Of a stretch of DNA of 32,000 nucleotides, positions 1 to 8,902 are shown piece after piece (the first letter of the stretch is position 1; every line of letters starts with the position of its first letter). The notes under the pieces were generated by a model. That model did no database searches. It was given only the letters and a program-made list of their open reading frames with translations, and was not told where the DNA came from. Where the stretch lies: positions 660,001-692,000 of the forward strand of contig OZ257143.1 in the NCBI GenBank assembly GCA_965279305.1, given 5' to 3'. This DNA is from Gammaproteobacteria bacterium. GTDB lineage: Bacteria; Pseudomonadota; Gammaproteobacteria; JBIOEC01. The position numbers and the translations under genes are program-made.

Positions 1-315
1 GTGTTAGTGACACCCACAACCCTGATTGCTATTTTACGTACCATTACTAATTTATGGCGCATTGAACAACAAAATCAAAACGCTCAACAAATTGCAGAGC
101 AAGCCGGCGATATGTACGATAAATTTGTGACCTTTGTAGAAGATTTAGAAAATGTGGGTGGTAAACTTGCCGCCACACAAAAATCTTATGAAAGCGCCAT
201 GGTAAAACTACAAACCGGTAGAGGCAACCTTCTCAAACGCGCCGACGACTTACGCACACTAGGCGCCAAAACCAGCAAACAACTCAAAGTCCCAGCGTTA
301 ACAGAAGAGACCTAA
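1..315 (+). CDS. rmuC: DNA recombination protein RmuC, C-terminal fragment (5' end lies outside the window)
   Basis: The ORF is open to the left edge. The tail (VTPTTLIAILRT..NLWRIEQQNQNAQ..AG.MYDKF..GNLLKRA) resembles the conserved RmuC C-terminal region. The leading GTG is not a real start. Confidence 0.7.
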   Translation: MLVTPTTLIAILRTITNLWRIEQQNQNAQQIAEQAGDMYDKFVTFVEDLENVGGKLAATQKSYESAMVKLQTGRGNLLKRADDLRTLGAKTSKQLKVPALTEET

Positions 316-391
316 AAAGGCTTGTTTCAATGGGAATTTTCTATTATTCTCGTAGATTATTATTGAGAATCCCTATAAACGGAGCCTAATC

Positions 392-1738
392 ATGACAAAG
401 CCTAGCAGTCTCGGCCAATGGTCCTCGCGTTGGATGTTTATAATGGCTGCCACCGGATCAGCCGTGGGCTTAGGTAACGTTTGGAAATTCCCCTATATGA
501 CAGGCCAATATGGCGGTAGCTCTTTTGTTATCGTGTATTTGCTTTGCGTACTCTTGGTTGGCTTACCCATTTTAATGGCAGAAATCATGATCGGTAGACG
601 AGGCAATGCCAGCCCTGCCGAATCTACTTATAAGCTCGCTGTTGAAAGCAAAAGCAGTAAACATTGGTGGTGGCTAGGCTTTTTCGGCATGTTAACCGCA
701 TTTTTATTTTTATCAGTTTATAGCATTGTGGCCGGCTGGACTGCCAGCTATGTGGTTCGCTCTCTTCAAGGTGATTTCGTTGGCCTCACACCCGTTCAAA
801 TTGGACAACTGTTCGATGATTTTTTGGCTAACCCTTGGCAGCTACTTATTTGGCATACGTTCTTTATGTTAATTACCGTGTTAATTGTGGCGCGGGGGGT
901 AAAAGAAGGCTTAGAGCGCGCCATTCGCTGGATGGTTCCCGGTTTATTTTTAATTATTATCGTATTAGTAGGATATGCATTAAGCACACCTGGCTTTGTG
1001 GAAGGCGTGCAATTTATGTTTAGATTTGATTGGGCAGCGATTGATACCAAGAGTTTTCTTTCTGCACTTGGGCACTCATTCTTTACTTTAAGTGTGGCTA
1101 CGGCGAGCATGATGATTTATGGTGCCTATTTAGAGAAGAAAGCGAGTATCGCTAAAATTGCGGTGACTATCGCCACATTAGATACCTTAGTGGCTTTATT
1201 AGCGGGTATGGCTATTTTCCCCTTAGTGTTCACTTATGGTTTGCCACACGATCAAGGTCCTTCATTAGTATTTAAAACATTACCGATTGCGTTTGGTGAA
1301 ATGCCAGGCGGCGGATTAATTGGTGGATTATTTTTTACGTTATTATTATTAGCAGCATTAGGATCTTCTATTTCTTTAGTAGAGCCTATTGTGGCGTGGT
1401 TAATGGAACGTTGGAATATGAAGCGCGCAGCGGCTGCGTGGGCTAGCAGTACTTTAATTTGGGTATTGGGCTTTGCTTCTTTATTATCATTTAATCACTG
1501 GGAAGATATTAAATTATTTGGTATATGGACGTACTACACATTTGTTGACGCTTTAGTCAGCTTGGTGATGTTACCACTAGGCGGTTTAATGCTGGCAGTA
1601 TTTGCAGGCTGGGTAATGAAAACTAAATTTACCAAAGAAGAGTTGGGAATGCCAGAATGGCTTTACACCATCTGGCATTATATCGTGAGATATTTTTCAC
1701 CCATCGCTGTTATTGTTATCGCTTGGATTTCATTCTAA
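392..1738 (+). CDS. Sodium-dependent transporter, neurotransmitter:sodium symporter (NSS/SNF) family
   Basis: 448-aa polytopic membrane protein with the N-terminal NSS signature GSAVGLGNVWKFPY. ATG start with GGAG 8 nt upstream. Confidence 0.9.
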   Translation: MTKPSSLGQWSSRWMFIMAATGSAVGLGNVWKFPYMTGQYGGSSFVIVYLLCVLLVGLPILMAEIMIGRRGNASPAESTYKLAVESKSSKHWWWLGFFGMLTAFLFLSVYSIVAGWTASYVVRSLQGDFVGLTPVQIGQLFDDFLANPWQLLIWHTFFMLITVLIVARGVKEGLERAIRWMVPGLFLIIIVLVGYALSTPGFVEGVQFMFRFDWAAIDTKSFLSALGHSFFTLSVATASMMIYGAYLEKKASIAKIAVTIATLDTLVALLAGMAIFPLVFTYGLPHDQGPSLVFKTLPIAFGEMPGGGLIGGLFFTLLLLAALGSSISLVEPIVAWLMERWNMKRAAAAWASSTLIWVLGFASLLSFNHWEDIKLFGIWTYYTFVDALVSLVMLPLGGLMLAVFAGWVMKTKFTKEELGMPEWLYTIWHYIVRYFSPIAVIVIAWISF

Positions 1739-1755
1739 GCGATATCAAACCATTA

Positions 1756-2847
1756 CTAGCGGCTAGGGCTAGAAAGTAAACGTGAAATACTTTTCCACTG
1801 ATGTTTATCTTCAGGCGTTAGAAGACAAATCGCTTGTCCTTCTGCACCAGCACGACCGGTTCTACCTATACGGTGAATATAATCTTCTGCTACTTGCGGA
1901 AGATCATAGTTAATTACATGCGCAATATGCGAAATATCTAATCCGCGCGCTGCAATATCAGTAGCAACCATAATACGGAAATCACCAGCACGAAAACCAC
2001 GAATAGCGCTATTACGTTGGCCTTGTGAACGATCACCATGAATATGAGTGACTGAGTGACCAAAACCCGTTAAGAATTTACTTAAACGATCAGTACGATG
2101 TTTGGTTTTTGCAAAAATAAGCACAGAGCCATTTCGAGTATTAAGTTCGTCAAGTAATGTGTTGTTTTTGTTATTACCCGTTGTATGTACTACATTGTGT
2201 GTAATTTTTTTATTCGCTTGTTGTGTTTCTCCAACGGTAACACGTGCAGGGTTGCGTAACCATTTAGAAGCCAGCTTTTCAATATTAGAAGGTAGGGTTG
2301 CAGAGAATAATAATGTTTGGCGATCTTTTGGAACCGCTTGGAAAATAATATTCAACTGTGGAGCAAATCCCATATCTAACATGCGATCGGCTTCATCTAA
2401 TACCAATACTTTAACTTGATCTAAAGAAATAGTTTTGCGTTTTAAATGATCCATTAAACGACCCGGTGTAGCAATAATAATTCTAGGATTACTACGCAAT
2501 GCACGTAATTGACGATCCATAGGATTACCACCAATCAATAAAGCTTGGCGTAGCTCAGGTGCAGCAACAGTTAATTTTCTGATCACATCAGCAATTTGAG
2601 TCGCTAATTCGCGAGTAGGCACTAATATCAAGGTCATGATATTAGGGATATTCATTAAGTGCGCCAGTGTTGGAATAGCAAAAGCCGCGGTTTTACCCGT
2701 ACCGGTTTGTGCGCAACCAATTAAATCGCGTTTGGTTAATGCTTCTGGAATAGCTTGTGCTTGGATAGGTGTAGGTACACTGAAATCCATTAAGCGTAAT
2801 GCTTTTTCCAAAGGATGAGGTAATTTTAATTCTTGAAATGTTTGCAT
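1756..2847 (-). CDS. DEAD-box ATP-dependent RNA helicase (short, RhlE-like core only)
   Basis: Q motif (F..PTPIQ), Walker A AQTGTGKT, DEAD box VLDEAD, SAT, and HRIGRTGRAG are all present. At 363 aa it has no C-terminal extension. Confidence 0.92.
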   Translation of the reverse strand: MQTFQELKLPHPLEKALRLMDFSVPTPIQAQAIPEALTKRDLIGCAQTGTGKTAAFAIPTLAHLMNIPNIMTLILVPTRELATQIADVIRKLTVAAPELRQALLIGGNPMDRQLRALRSNPRIIIATPGRLMDHLKRKTISLDQVKVLVLDEADRMLDMGFAPQLNIIFQAVPKDRQTLLFSATLPSNIEKLASKWLRNPARVTVGETQQANKKITHNVVHTTGNNKNNTLLDELNTRNGSVLIFAKTKHRTDRLSKFLTGFGHSVTHIHGDRSQGQRNSAIRGFRAGDFRIMVATDIAARGLDISHIAHVINYDLPQVAEDYIHRIGRTGRAGAEGQAICLLTPEDKHQWKSISRLLSSPSR

Positions 2848-3130
2848 AAAAAAATCCTATATAAATAGTTAGACCTTACAAAGTAAGGAGTAATGGTTAA
2901 AGTTATGATTGGCAAAGATGAATAACATATGTGCCAGCCAGTGACGTGGGCTGGAATATGCTTCAACGGCTAAAAGTGAGTCTTTTATAGGTTGGCGTGA
3001 TCGGGCCCTTCATTATAGAGAGGGTTGGAGGTTTGGCTCGTATCCTATCTATGGGAGTATGATAACACACTATGGCCAATAAACCTAATTTAGCCTAGGC
3101 AGGCTATTTGAGGGGCTATAAAGCCATTTA

Positions 3131-3159
3131 TTGCTCTGAATCTTCTACTTAGGTATAAT
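3131..3159 (+). promoter_or_regulatory. Candidate sigma70-type promoter for the 3230 ORF
   Basis: TTGCTC (3131-3136), 17-bp spacer, perfect TATAAT (3154-3159), about 70 nt upstream of the ATG at 3230. Confidence 0.35.
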
Positions 3160-3229
3160 TTAGTCAATTAGTAAACAAAATCCAGGCTTTTCTTTGATAA
3201 TAAGAGGAAAAACAGGGTATAGAAGGTGA

Positions 3230-4981
3230 ATGATGCCAGGTTTAAATGATTTTCAGAAACGTATTATTGATGATTTTCTTAATGGTGCTACAGGCGCGCT
3301 AAGGGTTATTGAAGAAAAGGTTCCTGCCGATCAAGTCCATCTAGTCCCAGATATACTCTATCTCTGCCTTTTCCATACCGTTGATTTAGATTCGATCCCT
3401 GAAATTGCCAAATTCGGTTTAACGGAAGCGGTTGAGCAGATCAGGAGTATTTTTCGTCATCCCTGCCCTCAAAATAGACGTCCTTCCCGATTTTCAGAGC
3501 CTACTTCGGAACCGGATGTTGAAAGATTGGGATCACAGGAAACTTTTTTAAAAAATTGGAGCTTGGCTACTGCCTTTGATCAAGAACAAGCCCTAGAAGT
3601 TACCTTGAGTAATACAGCTCCTGCTGCTATTGCTGATTTGGTAGCTTTTCCTGTTCTTTATAAAGATGTTCTCTTTTATGATGATAGTGGTGTGTCTACC
3701 TCAACAGGTTTTATTTTTGCTAATAGATTGCTTGTTTCTCATTTAGAGGAGGTTAAAGAATTTGCTCCAAATGAGGTGGTTGTTGTAGCTGCACAGAGAC
3801 GCGGAATTTTGGAGCTTACTGCTCATGGGCCTGCTATGGCAGCCGATGTTAAAGCGTATGTAAAAGCTGCTATAGATAAAAAAATTAAAGCGATTTATGA
3901 AAGACCTCTTTTCAAAAAAAGTAAGGAATTTGAAAACATATTAAAAACTGCTTGTACCGTTTCTATTTTAGTATCCAGTAATAATCTAGAAGAAAAAACT
4001 ACGGCAGCTATTCGTTTAATTACAGAAGAAAGTAAAAAGTTTTCAGATGCGGAAAAAAAATCATACGATATGTGTTTAGAAGAGACAGTTAAATATTTCA
4101 GCAAGGAAGAGCTAGCTTCGTTAGGAGCGAATTATAATCGAGATAAATATGAGAAATTAATATTAGCGAGAATAAAAATAAATACGCAAGCAATAGAAGA
4201 AGCTAAAGAGGGAAGAACACAAAAAACAGTGCAAATTATAGAAGAGCAAAATCATAGAGGTTTTGAAATCATATTATCGGCAGCTATGAGAGTGGGAGAT
4301 GACATCTTAGCTGGAAGCATTGTGGTTAAACATAAAGGCGATCCTGATTTTGATTTTACTAATCAGTATACAAAGGATAATGACGCTTTATATTTTGCAC
4401 TAGCTAAGTTCCATATCATAGGTTTCGAATTTCTTACTACTGAAAGATTTGATTTAACTAAAACTCAAAAATTTTTTAAAAAAGCACTTCCTCACTTGAA
4501 AGATCTAGAAAGCCAGGATCAGCATAGAAGGCTGGTTGCTATCACAGAAGTGGTAAATTATAGTGTTTATCCTACTTTTGCTGCATGCTATAGCTTTGAA
4601 AAACCATTTGAAAAAATGGCGCTAATAAAGAAAATGTTAGGTCAAACTCCAATTGGCTTGGGTCTATACTCAAGAATAAAAAAAATTCTGGATATTGATT
4701 TAGATTTGTTTTTTAAAATTCCCGTCGAAATTGATGCGCGATATACTTTGTCATGGCTGGAACAATGGTATGATTTTGTGGGCGCTAAAACCGATTTCGT
4801 AGAAAAAGTAGAGGCTGCGTTCAAAAAACTAGATCTGCTGACCAGAAAGTATCGATATGAACCTGAAGAGATTGTAAAGCTTAGAGCAATATATAAGCGT
4901 TGTGGGAAAGAACAAATATTAAATACTATTTTAGCGACTCCACCTCAACCTATACGTGCAGCAGCTCTTGTGGTTACCTAA
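3230..4981 (+). CDS. Hypothetical protein, 583 aa, no recognisable domain (candidate secreted effector)
   Basis: A 1.75-kb ORF in AT-rich DNA, where stops are frequent by chance. GAAGGTG RBS before ATG. Lys/Glu-rich predicted helical middle. No catalytic motif recognised. Confidence 0.7.
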   Translation: MMPGLNDFQKRIIDDFLNGATGALRVIEEKVPADQVHLVPDILYLCLFHTVDLDSIPEIAKFGLTEAVEQIRSIFRHPCPQNRRPSRFSEPTSEPDVERLGSQETFLKNWSLATAFDQEQALEVTLSNTAPAAIADLVAFPVLYKDVLFYDDSGVSTSTGFIFANRLLVSHLEEVKEFAPNEVVVVAAQRRGILELTAHGPAMAADVKAYVKAAIDKKIKAIYERPLFKKSKEFENILKTACTVSILVSSNNLEEKTTAAIRLITEESKKFSDAEKKSYDMCLEETVKYFSKEELASLGANYNRDKYEKLILARIKINTQAIEEAKEGRTQKTVQIIEEQNHRGFEIILSAAMRVGDDILAGSIVVKHKGDPDFDFTNQYTKDNDALYFALAKFHIIGFEFLTTERFDLTKTQKFFKKALPHLKDLESQDQHRRLVAITEVVNYSVYPTFAACYSFEKPFEKMALIKKMLGQTPIGLGLYSRIKKILDIDLDLFFKIPVEIDARYTLSWLEQWYDFVGAKTDFVEKVEAAFKKLDLLTRKYRYEPEEIVKLRAIYKRCGKEQILNTILATPPQPIRAAALVVT

Positions 4982-5017
4982 AGTTAATCAGAAATATTTT
5001 AGTATTATTGGGTTTTA

Positions 5018-5926
5018 TTATTCGGGTGTGGCAGCTACGGTAGTAGGGTCACGATGAGGTAAGCGAATGTCAGTAGCCAAGCCTGTTACAGAGAATAAGC
5101 GAATTACATAATAAGACAAATCAAACTGCCACCATTTTAAGCCATGGCGAGCAGAAGTAGGGAATGCATGATGCGAGTTATGAAAGCCTTCGCCTAATGC
5201 AAGAACACCTAAAATAAAGTTGTCGCGGCTATTATCTTTGGTTTTGTAATTCTTTTTACCGAAAATATGGCAAATAGAATTAATACCCCAGGTGACATGT
5301 TGGCACACGGCCATACGTACTAAACCACCCCACAAAAAGCCCATCCATACACCCATCCATGTTTGAGTCCATAGACCGCCAATAACAGCAGGAATAATTA
5401 AACCTAGCATTAACCATACTAAATAAGCGCTATCGATTTCTACTAATTTTCTATCGCGTAGTAAATCAATCGCATATGAAAAAGAGCTTTCAGGTTTTGC
5501 TGCTAGCATCCAGCCCATATGAGCATGGAAAAAACCTTTGATTTTATGCGCCAACGTGTCAGATTCTAATATAGGAGAATGTGGATCACCTTCAACATCG
5601 GTAAAACGATGGTGATTACGATGAGTGGCTACCCAATAAATAAGAGGGCCTTCACCGGCCATAGAGCCCAATATATGCAGCGTTCTACGCATCCAGATTT
5701 TTGTTTTAAAGCTGTGATGGGTAAAGTAGCGATGAAATCCTACGGTAATGCTAAGGCCAGTCAGCAAATACATAGTCACAAATAGGAAAATATCGATGCC
5801 TTGTACGTATTGCCATTGAAAAATAGCGATGACTAAACCAACAATAGGGGCAAAAATAATAAGAGCTGCTACCCACTGGCTAGGAAGTTTATTCAGTCTT
5901 TCTAGCAATGGTTTGAGAATTTTCAT
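5018..5926 (-). CDS. Membrane fatty-acid (acyl-CoA/acyl-lipid delta-9 type) desaturase
   Basis: Three histidine boxes (HRYFTHH, HRNHHRF, HNSHHAFP) plus N-terminal transmembrane segments. Confidence 0.9.
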   Translation of the reverse strand: MKILKPLLERLNKLPSQWVAALIIFAPIVGLVIAIFQWQYVQGIDIFLFVTMYLLTGLSITVGFHRYFTHHSFKTKIWMRRTLHILGSMAGEGPLIYWVATHRNHHRFTDVEGDPHSPILESDTLAHKIKGFFHAHMGWMLAAKPESSFSYAIDLLRDRKLVEIDSAYLVWLMLGLIIPAVIGGLWTQTWMGVWMGFLWGGLVRMAVCQHVTWGINSICHIFGKKNYKTKDNSRDNFILGVLALGEGFHNSHHAFPTSARHGLKWWQFDLSYYVIRLFSVTGLATDIRLPHRDPTTVAATPE

Positions 5927-6010
5927 GTGTATATATAGGATAATAAAAGAGAGACACTATCATACGCTAAATAGGGTTTTTTCGCAAGAAACATAGCTTG
6001 GTAGCTAAGA

Positions 6011-6508
6011 TTAACGACCATACAGCAATGCTTTTATAGCGCCTAAACTTCTATCTATAGAAGAGACAGAAGAAGGTACTACCAATATAGTGTCATCTCC
6101 CGCAATTGTCCCTAAAAGGTGGCATTTCAAACGGTTCGCATCTATCAATAAAGCCACAATATTGGCTGATCCGGGTGGTGTATGAACCATAATCAGCTGC
6201 TCGTTATGCTCAATACTTAACACTAATGATGTAATATCCGAGCTCGGTGCTGCCGTTTTAGGTGTAGAATAGCTGGCCTTGGCTTCTTGATGCTCTTGAG
6301 GCAATACATAAACGAGCTCTCGGTGGGCATTCATGGCTTTTACCGCACGGAGTTTATGCAATAATCGGGAAACAGTGGATTGGGTTACCTTAAAGCCTTG
6401 CTTTTCAAGAGCTTTGCTTAGTTCTTCATGAGTACTCATATTCTCTTTACGTAGCAATTGAGCCAATGCTTTGGCTAAAGGGCTGTTATTTGAGTAAGAT
6501 CGGGTCAT
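6011..6508 (-). CDS. argR: Arginine repressor ArgR
   Basis: N-terminal winged-helix region (QSTVSRLLHKL) and C-terminal arginine-binding/oligomerisation motif GTIAGDDTILVV. AGGAGG RBS. Divergent from argC. Confidence 0.9.
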   Translation of the reverse strand: MTRSYSNNSPLAKALAQLLRKENMSTHEELSKALEKQGFKVTQSTVSRLLHKLRAVKAMNAHRELVYVLPQEHQEAKASYSTPKTAAPSSDITSLVLSIEHNEQLIMVHTPPGSANIVALLIDANRLKCHLLGTIAGDDTILVVPSSVSSIDRSLGAIKALLYGR

Positions 6509-6520
6509 AAAGGCCTCCTG

Positions 6521-6538
6521 TTTGCATAATTATGCGCT
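6521..6538. promoter_or_regulatory. ARG-box-like operator 1, next to the argR RBS (possible autoregulation)
   Basis: TTTGCATAATTATGCGCT. Core TGCAT-AATT-ATGCG (6523-6536) aligns with the 18-bp E. coli ARG box TNTGAATWWWWATTCANW. The substitution is symmetric (TGCAT/ATGCA in place of TGAAT/ATTCA). Confidence 0.5.
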
Positions 6539-6573
6539 AGAAAACAGAAAAAGTCCATATTATTTAAAATATA

Positions 6574-6602
6574 TTGACTATTTATGCGTATCATGCTTTA
6601 AT
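6574..6602 (+). promoter_or_regulatory. Candidate argC promoter
   Basis: TTGACT (6574-6579), 17-bp spacer, TTTAAT (6597-6602), 40 nt upstream of the argC ATG. Overlapped by ARG-box-like sites. Confidence 0.4.
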
Positions 6603-6620
6603 TGTGCATTATTATGCAAA
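6583..6620. promoter_or_regulatory. Tandem ARG-box-like operators 2 and 3 over the argC promoter
   Basis: Box 3 is TGTGCATTATTATGCAAA (6603-6620), a near-perfect palindrome TGCAT-TATT-ATGCA. Box 2 is TATGCGTATCATGCTTTA (6583-6600), with a good left half and a right half shifted by 1 nt. The 2-bp gap matches the classical paired ARG-box layout. Confidence 0.5.
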
Positions 6621-6641
6621 ATAGCTAAATAGGAATCGAAA

Positions 6642-7709
6642 ATGCAGTACAAAGCGGCCATTATAGGAGCACAAGGGTATGCAGGCCGCGAATTGGCTAG
6701 GCTACTATTAACGCATCCCCAGATCCAACTCGCTCAGGTATTCTCCAGAAATGCCGATTGGCACTTGAGCCACGATTTACCGGAGGCTGCTTCGGCTTTG
6801 GTTAAACATAGTTTATTTCCAGAATCATTATCTGATCTATCTAGCGCTTGCCAAGCGATGGATATTATCTTTTTAGCCACACCACATGAAGTGTCATTGC
6901 AATGTGTTCCACATTTGTATGATGGTAAAAAAATCATAGTTGATTTAAGTGGTGCTTTTAGATTACCGGTTGGCGTATTCGAAGAATGGTATCAACACAC
7001 GCATAGTGCTACCGATTTATTAGCATCAGCTCAATTCGGATTATGCCCACAACAAACCGAAAATAAATCAACATTAATTGCCAATCCGGGTTGTTATGCA
7101 ACAGCCATACTGATGGCGTTGTTACCATTAGCGCAAGCAGGTTTAGTTAATGATGCTCATATTATTGTGGATGCGAAATCAGGTATTAGCGGTGCCGGGC
7201 GCTCTGCTAAAACAGAATTACTTTTTGGTGAAATTGATAATAATTTTTTCCCGTACAAAATTGGTGCTCATCAACATACGCCTGAAATTGAAAATACTAT
7301 TCAACAATTAGCGCATGTGAAAACGCAAATTACATTAACCACGCAAGTATTACCGATTCAAAGAGGCATAGCGGCAAGTTTATATATTCCGCTACAAGGA
7401 AACAAAGAAGAAGTGGTTGAACAGATTAAAAATGCATATCACAAAGCATATGGCGATTATTCATTAGTTCGGTATGCACATTTGCCAGAGCTTAATGCAA
7501 AAGAAAAACAAATATTTTTGTCATTAAAAAATGTAATTGGAACGTGTAGAACTCATATTTCATATCAAATAGTGAATAATCATATTGTGGTATTTTCAAT
7601 GATAGACAACCTATTAAAAGGTGCAGCGAGCCAAGCGATTGAAAATGCTAATCGTTTATTTAAGTTACCATTAACCAGTGGTTTAGAACACTGCCAAGGA
7701 ATATTATGA
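6642..7709 (+). CDS. argC: N-acetyl-gamma-glutamyl-phosphate reductase
   Basis: N-terminal GAQGYAG Rossmann motif and catalytic-Cys motif NPGCYAT. The stop overlaps the argJ start (ATGA). Confidence 0.93.
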   Translation: MQYKAAIIGAQGYAGRELARLLLTHPQIQLAQVFSRNADWHLSHDLPEAASALVKHSLFPESLSDLSSACQAMDIIFLATPHEVSLQCVPHLYDGKKIIVDLSGAFRLPVGVFEEWYQHTHSATDLLASAQFGLCPQQTENKSTLIANPGCYATAILMALLPLAQAGLVNDAHIIVDAKSGISGAGRSAKTELLFGEIDNNFFPYKIGAHQHTPEIENTIQQLAHVKTQITLTTQVLPIQRGIAASLYIPLQGNKEEVVEQIKNAYHKAYGDYSLVRYAHLPELNAKEKQIFLSLKNVIGTCRTHISYQIVNNHIVVFSMIDNLLKGAASQAIENANRLFKLPLTSGLEHCQGIL

Positions 7710-8902
7710 CACCTGGACCCGGATCACAAAACACACCTTTACCTAAAGGTTTTTATGCTAGCGGAATTAATAGCGGTGTTAGACGTTATCGCCCTGATTT
7801 AGGTATTATTGTCAGTGATTATCCTTGCGTGGCGGCAGGATTATTTACTTTAAATACCTGTGCGGCTGCGCCGGTGCAATATTGTAAATCATTATTACCA
7901 TCACATAATATTCGTGCCATTATTACTAATAGTGGTCAAGCCAATGCCGCCACTGGCGCTGTAGGTGTTGAAGATAATGTGTTATTAGCCAAATCAGTAG
8001 CTGATGAGTGGCAATTAGATATTAATCAAGTGCTAGTGGCTTCTACGGGTATTATTGGATATAGAATGGAATTAGATAAAATTATTCCGGCTATTCCAGA
8101 GCTTAAAAAACATTTAACCAATGCCGCTGAAAAATTTGCATTATCTATTTTAACTACCGATCTAGTGCCTAAAACCGCCAGCAAAAAAATCCAGTTAAGT
8201 ACGGGTGAAGTGTTGTTAACGGGGATCAGTAAAGGTTCAGGCATGATTCACCCTAATATGGCCACCATGTTAGGTTATTTATTAACCGATGCGGTAATGT
8301 CACCTGAAGTAGCACAATCATCATTAAAAACAGCCACTGATGTGAGTTTTAATATGATCAGCGTAGATAATCAAATGTCGACTAACGATAGCGTTTTCTT
8401 ATTGGCTAATGGAAGCAGTGGTATTGAAATAAAAACCGAAGAAGACAAAAAGGTTTTTTCAGATGCACTAAACGAAGTCTCCATATTTTTGGCAAAATCA
8501 ATTGCTAGAGACGGAGAAGGCGCCACCAAATTATTAGAAGTTCAAGTGATTAATGCGCCTACTAAAACCATGGCAAAAAATGTTGCACGTGGTGTAACCA
8601 CCAGTGATTTATTTAAATCTGCGGTTTATGGTGCTGCCGCGTATTGGGGAAGGGTTATCGCTGTGTTAGGCCAGCAAGAAGTTCCATTATCTATTATTGA
8701 TAATGCTAAAGTGTATTTTCAGGATTTCCAAGTATATCCACCTAATCAAGTGACATATGATAAAGCCGTATTAGATGAAAGTATGAAACGAGATACGGTA
8801 GTAATTAAAATTGATTTAAACCAAGGTTCTGATAAAGCCACCGCTTGGGGATGCGATTTAACAGAGAAATACGTCAAAATTAATGCGGACTATGGCACTT
8901 AA
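7706..8902 (+). CDS. argJ: Bifunctional ornithine acetyltransferase / N-acetylglutamate synthase
   Basis: ArgJ family length (398 aa) and autoprocessing site motif PNMATMLGYLLTDA. Confidence 0.93.
   Translation: MTPGPGSQNTPLPKGFYASGINSGVRRYRPDLGIIVSDYPCVAAGLFTLNTCAAAPVQYCKSLLPSHNIRAIITNSGQANAATGAVGVEDNVLLAKSVADEWQLDINQVLVASTGIIGYRMELDKIIPAIPELKKHLTNAAEKFALSILTTDLVPKTASKKIQLSTGEVLLTGISKGSGMIHPNMATMLGYLLTDAVMSPEVAQSSLKTATDVSFNMISVDNQMSTNDSVFLLANGSSGIEIKTEEDKKVFSDALNEVSIFLAKSIARDGEGATKLLEVQVINAPTKTMAKNVARGVTTSDLFKSAVYGAAAYWGRVIAVLGQQEVPLSIIDNAKVYFQDFQVYPPNQVTYDKAVLDESMKRDTVVIKIDLNQGSDKATAWGCDLTEKYVKINADYGT

Noticed and set aside
796-1110. Nested or antisense ORFs of 60-105 aa inside confidently assigned genes. 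Examples: 796..1110(-), 835..1023(+), 2102..2419(+), 2636..2818(+), 3895..4104(-), 5579..5785(+), 6734..6937(-), 8026..8244(-), 10093..10323(-), 10130..10360(+), 11136..11369(+), 11799..12044(-), 13949..14164(-), 15222..15464(+), 20060..20254(+), 20786..21004(+), 22538..22813(+), and several inside 24483..31518.
   Set aside because: Each lies wholly within a longer ORF with strong family motifs or much greater length. They lack RBSs, and their translations are low-complexity or Cys/Phe/Ile-rich, as expected of off-frame reading of AT-rich coding DNA.
2848-3229. An RsmY/RsmZ-type CsrA-sequestering sRNA in the long intergenic region.
   Set aside because: I counted only about five scattered GGA motifs over 380 bp. 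They do not sit in obvious hairpin loops, and I saw no terminator.
5997-6007. The 11-mer TTGGTAGCTAA lies just downstream of the argR stop, and its reverse complement lies just downstream of the Sel1-kinase stop (28168-28178).
   Set aside because: Many chance 11-mer matches are expected when all position pairs on both strands of a 32-kb AT-rich window are compared. The core TAGCTA is self-complementary, and there is no extended similarity around it.
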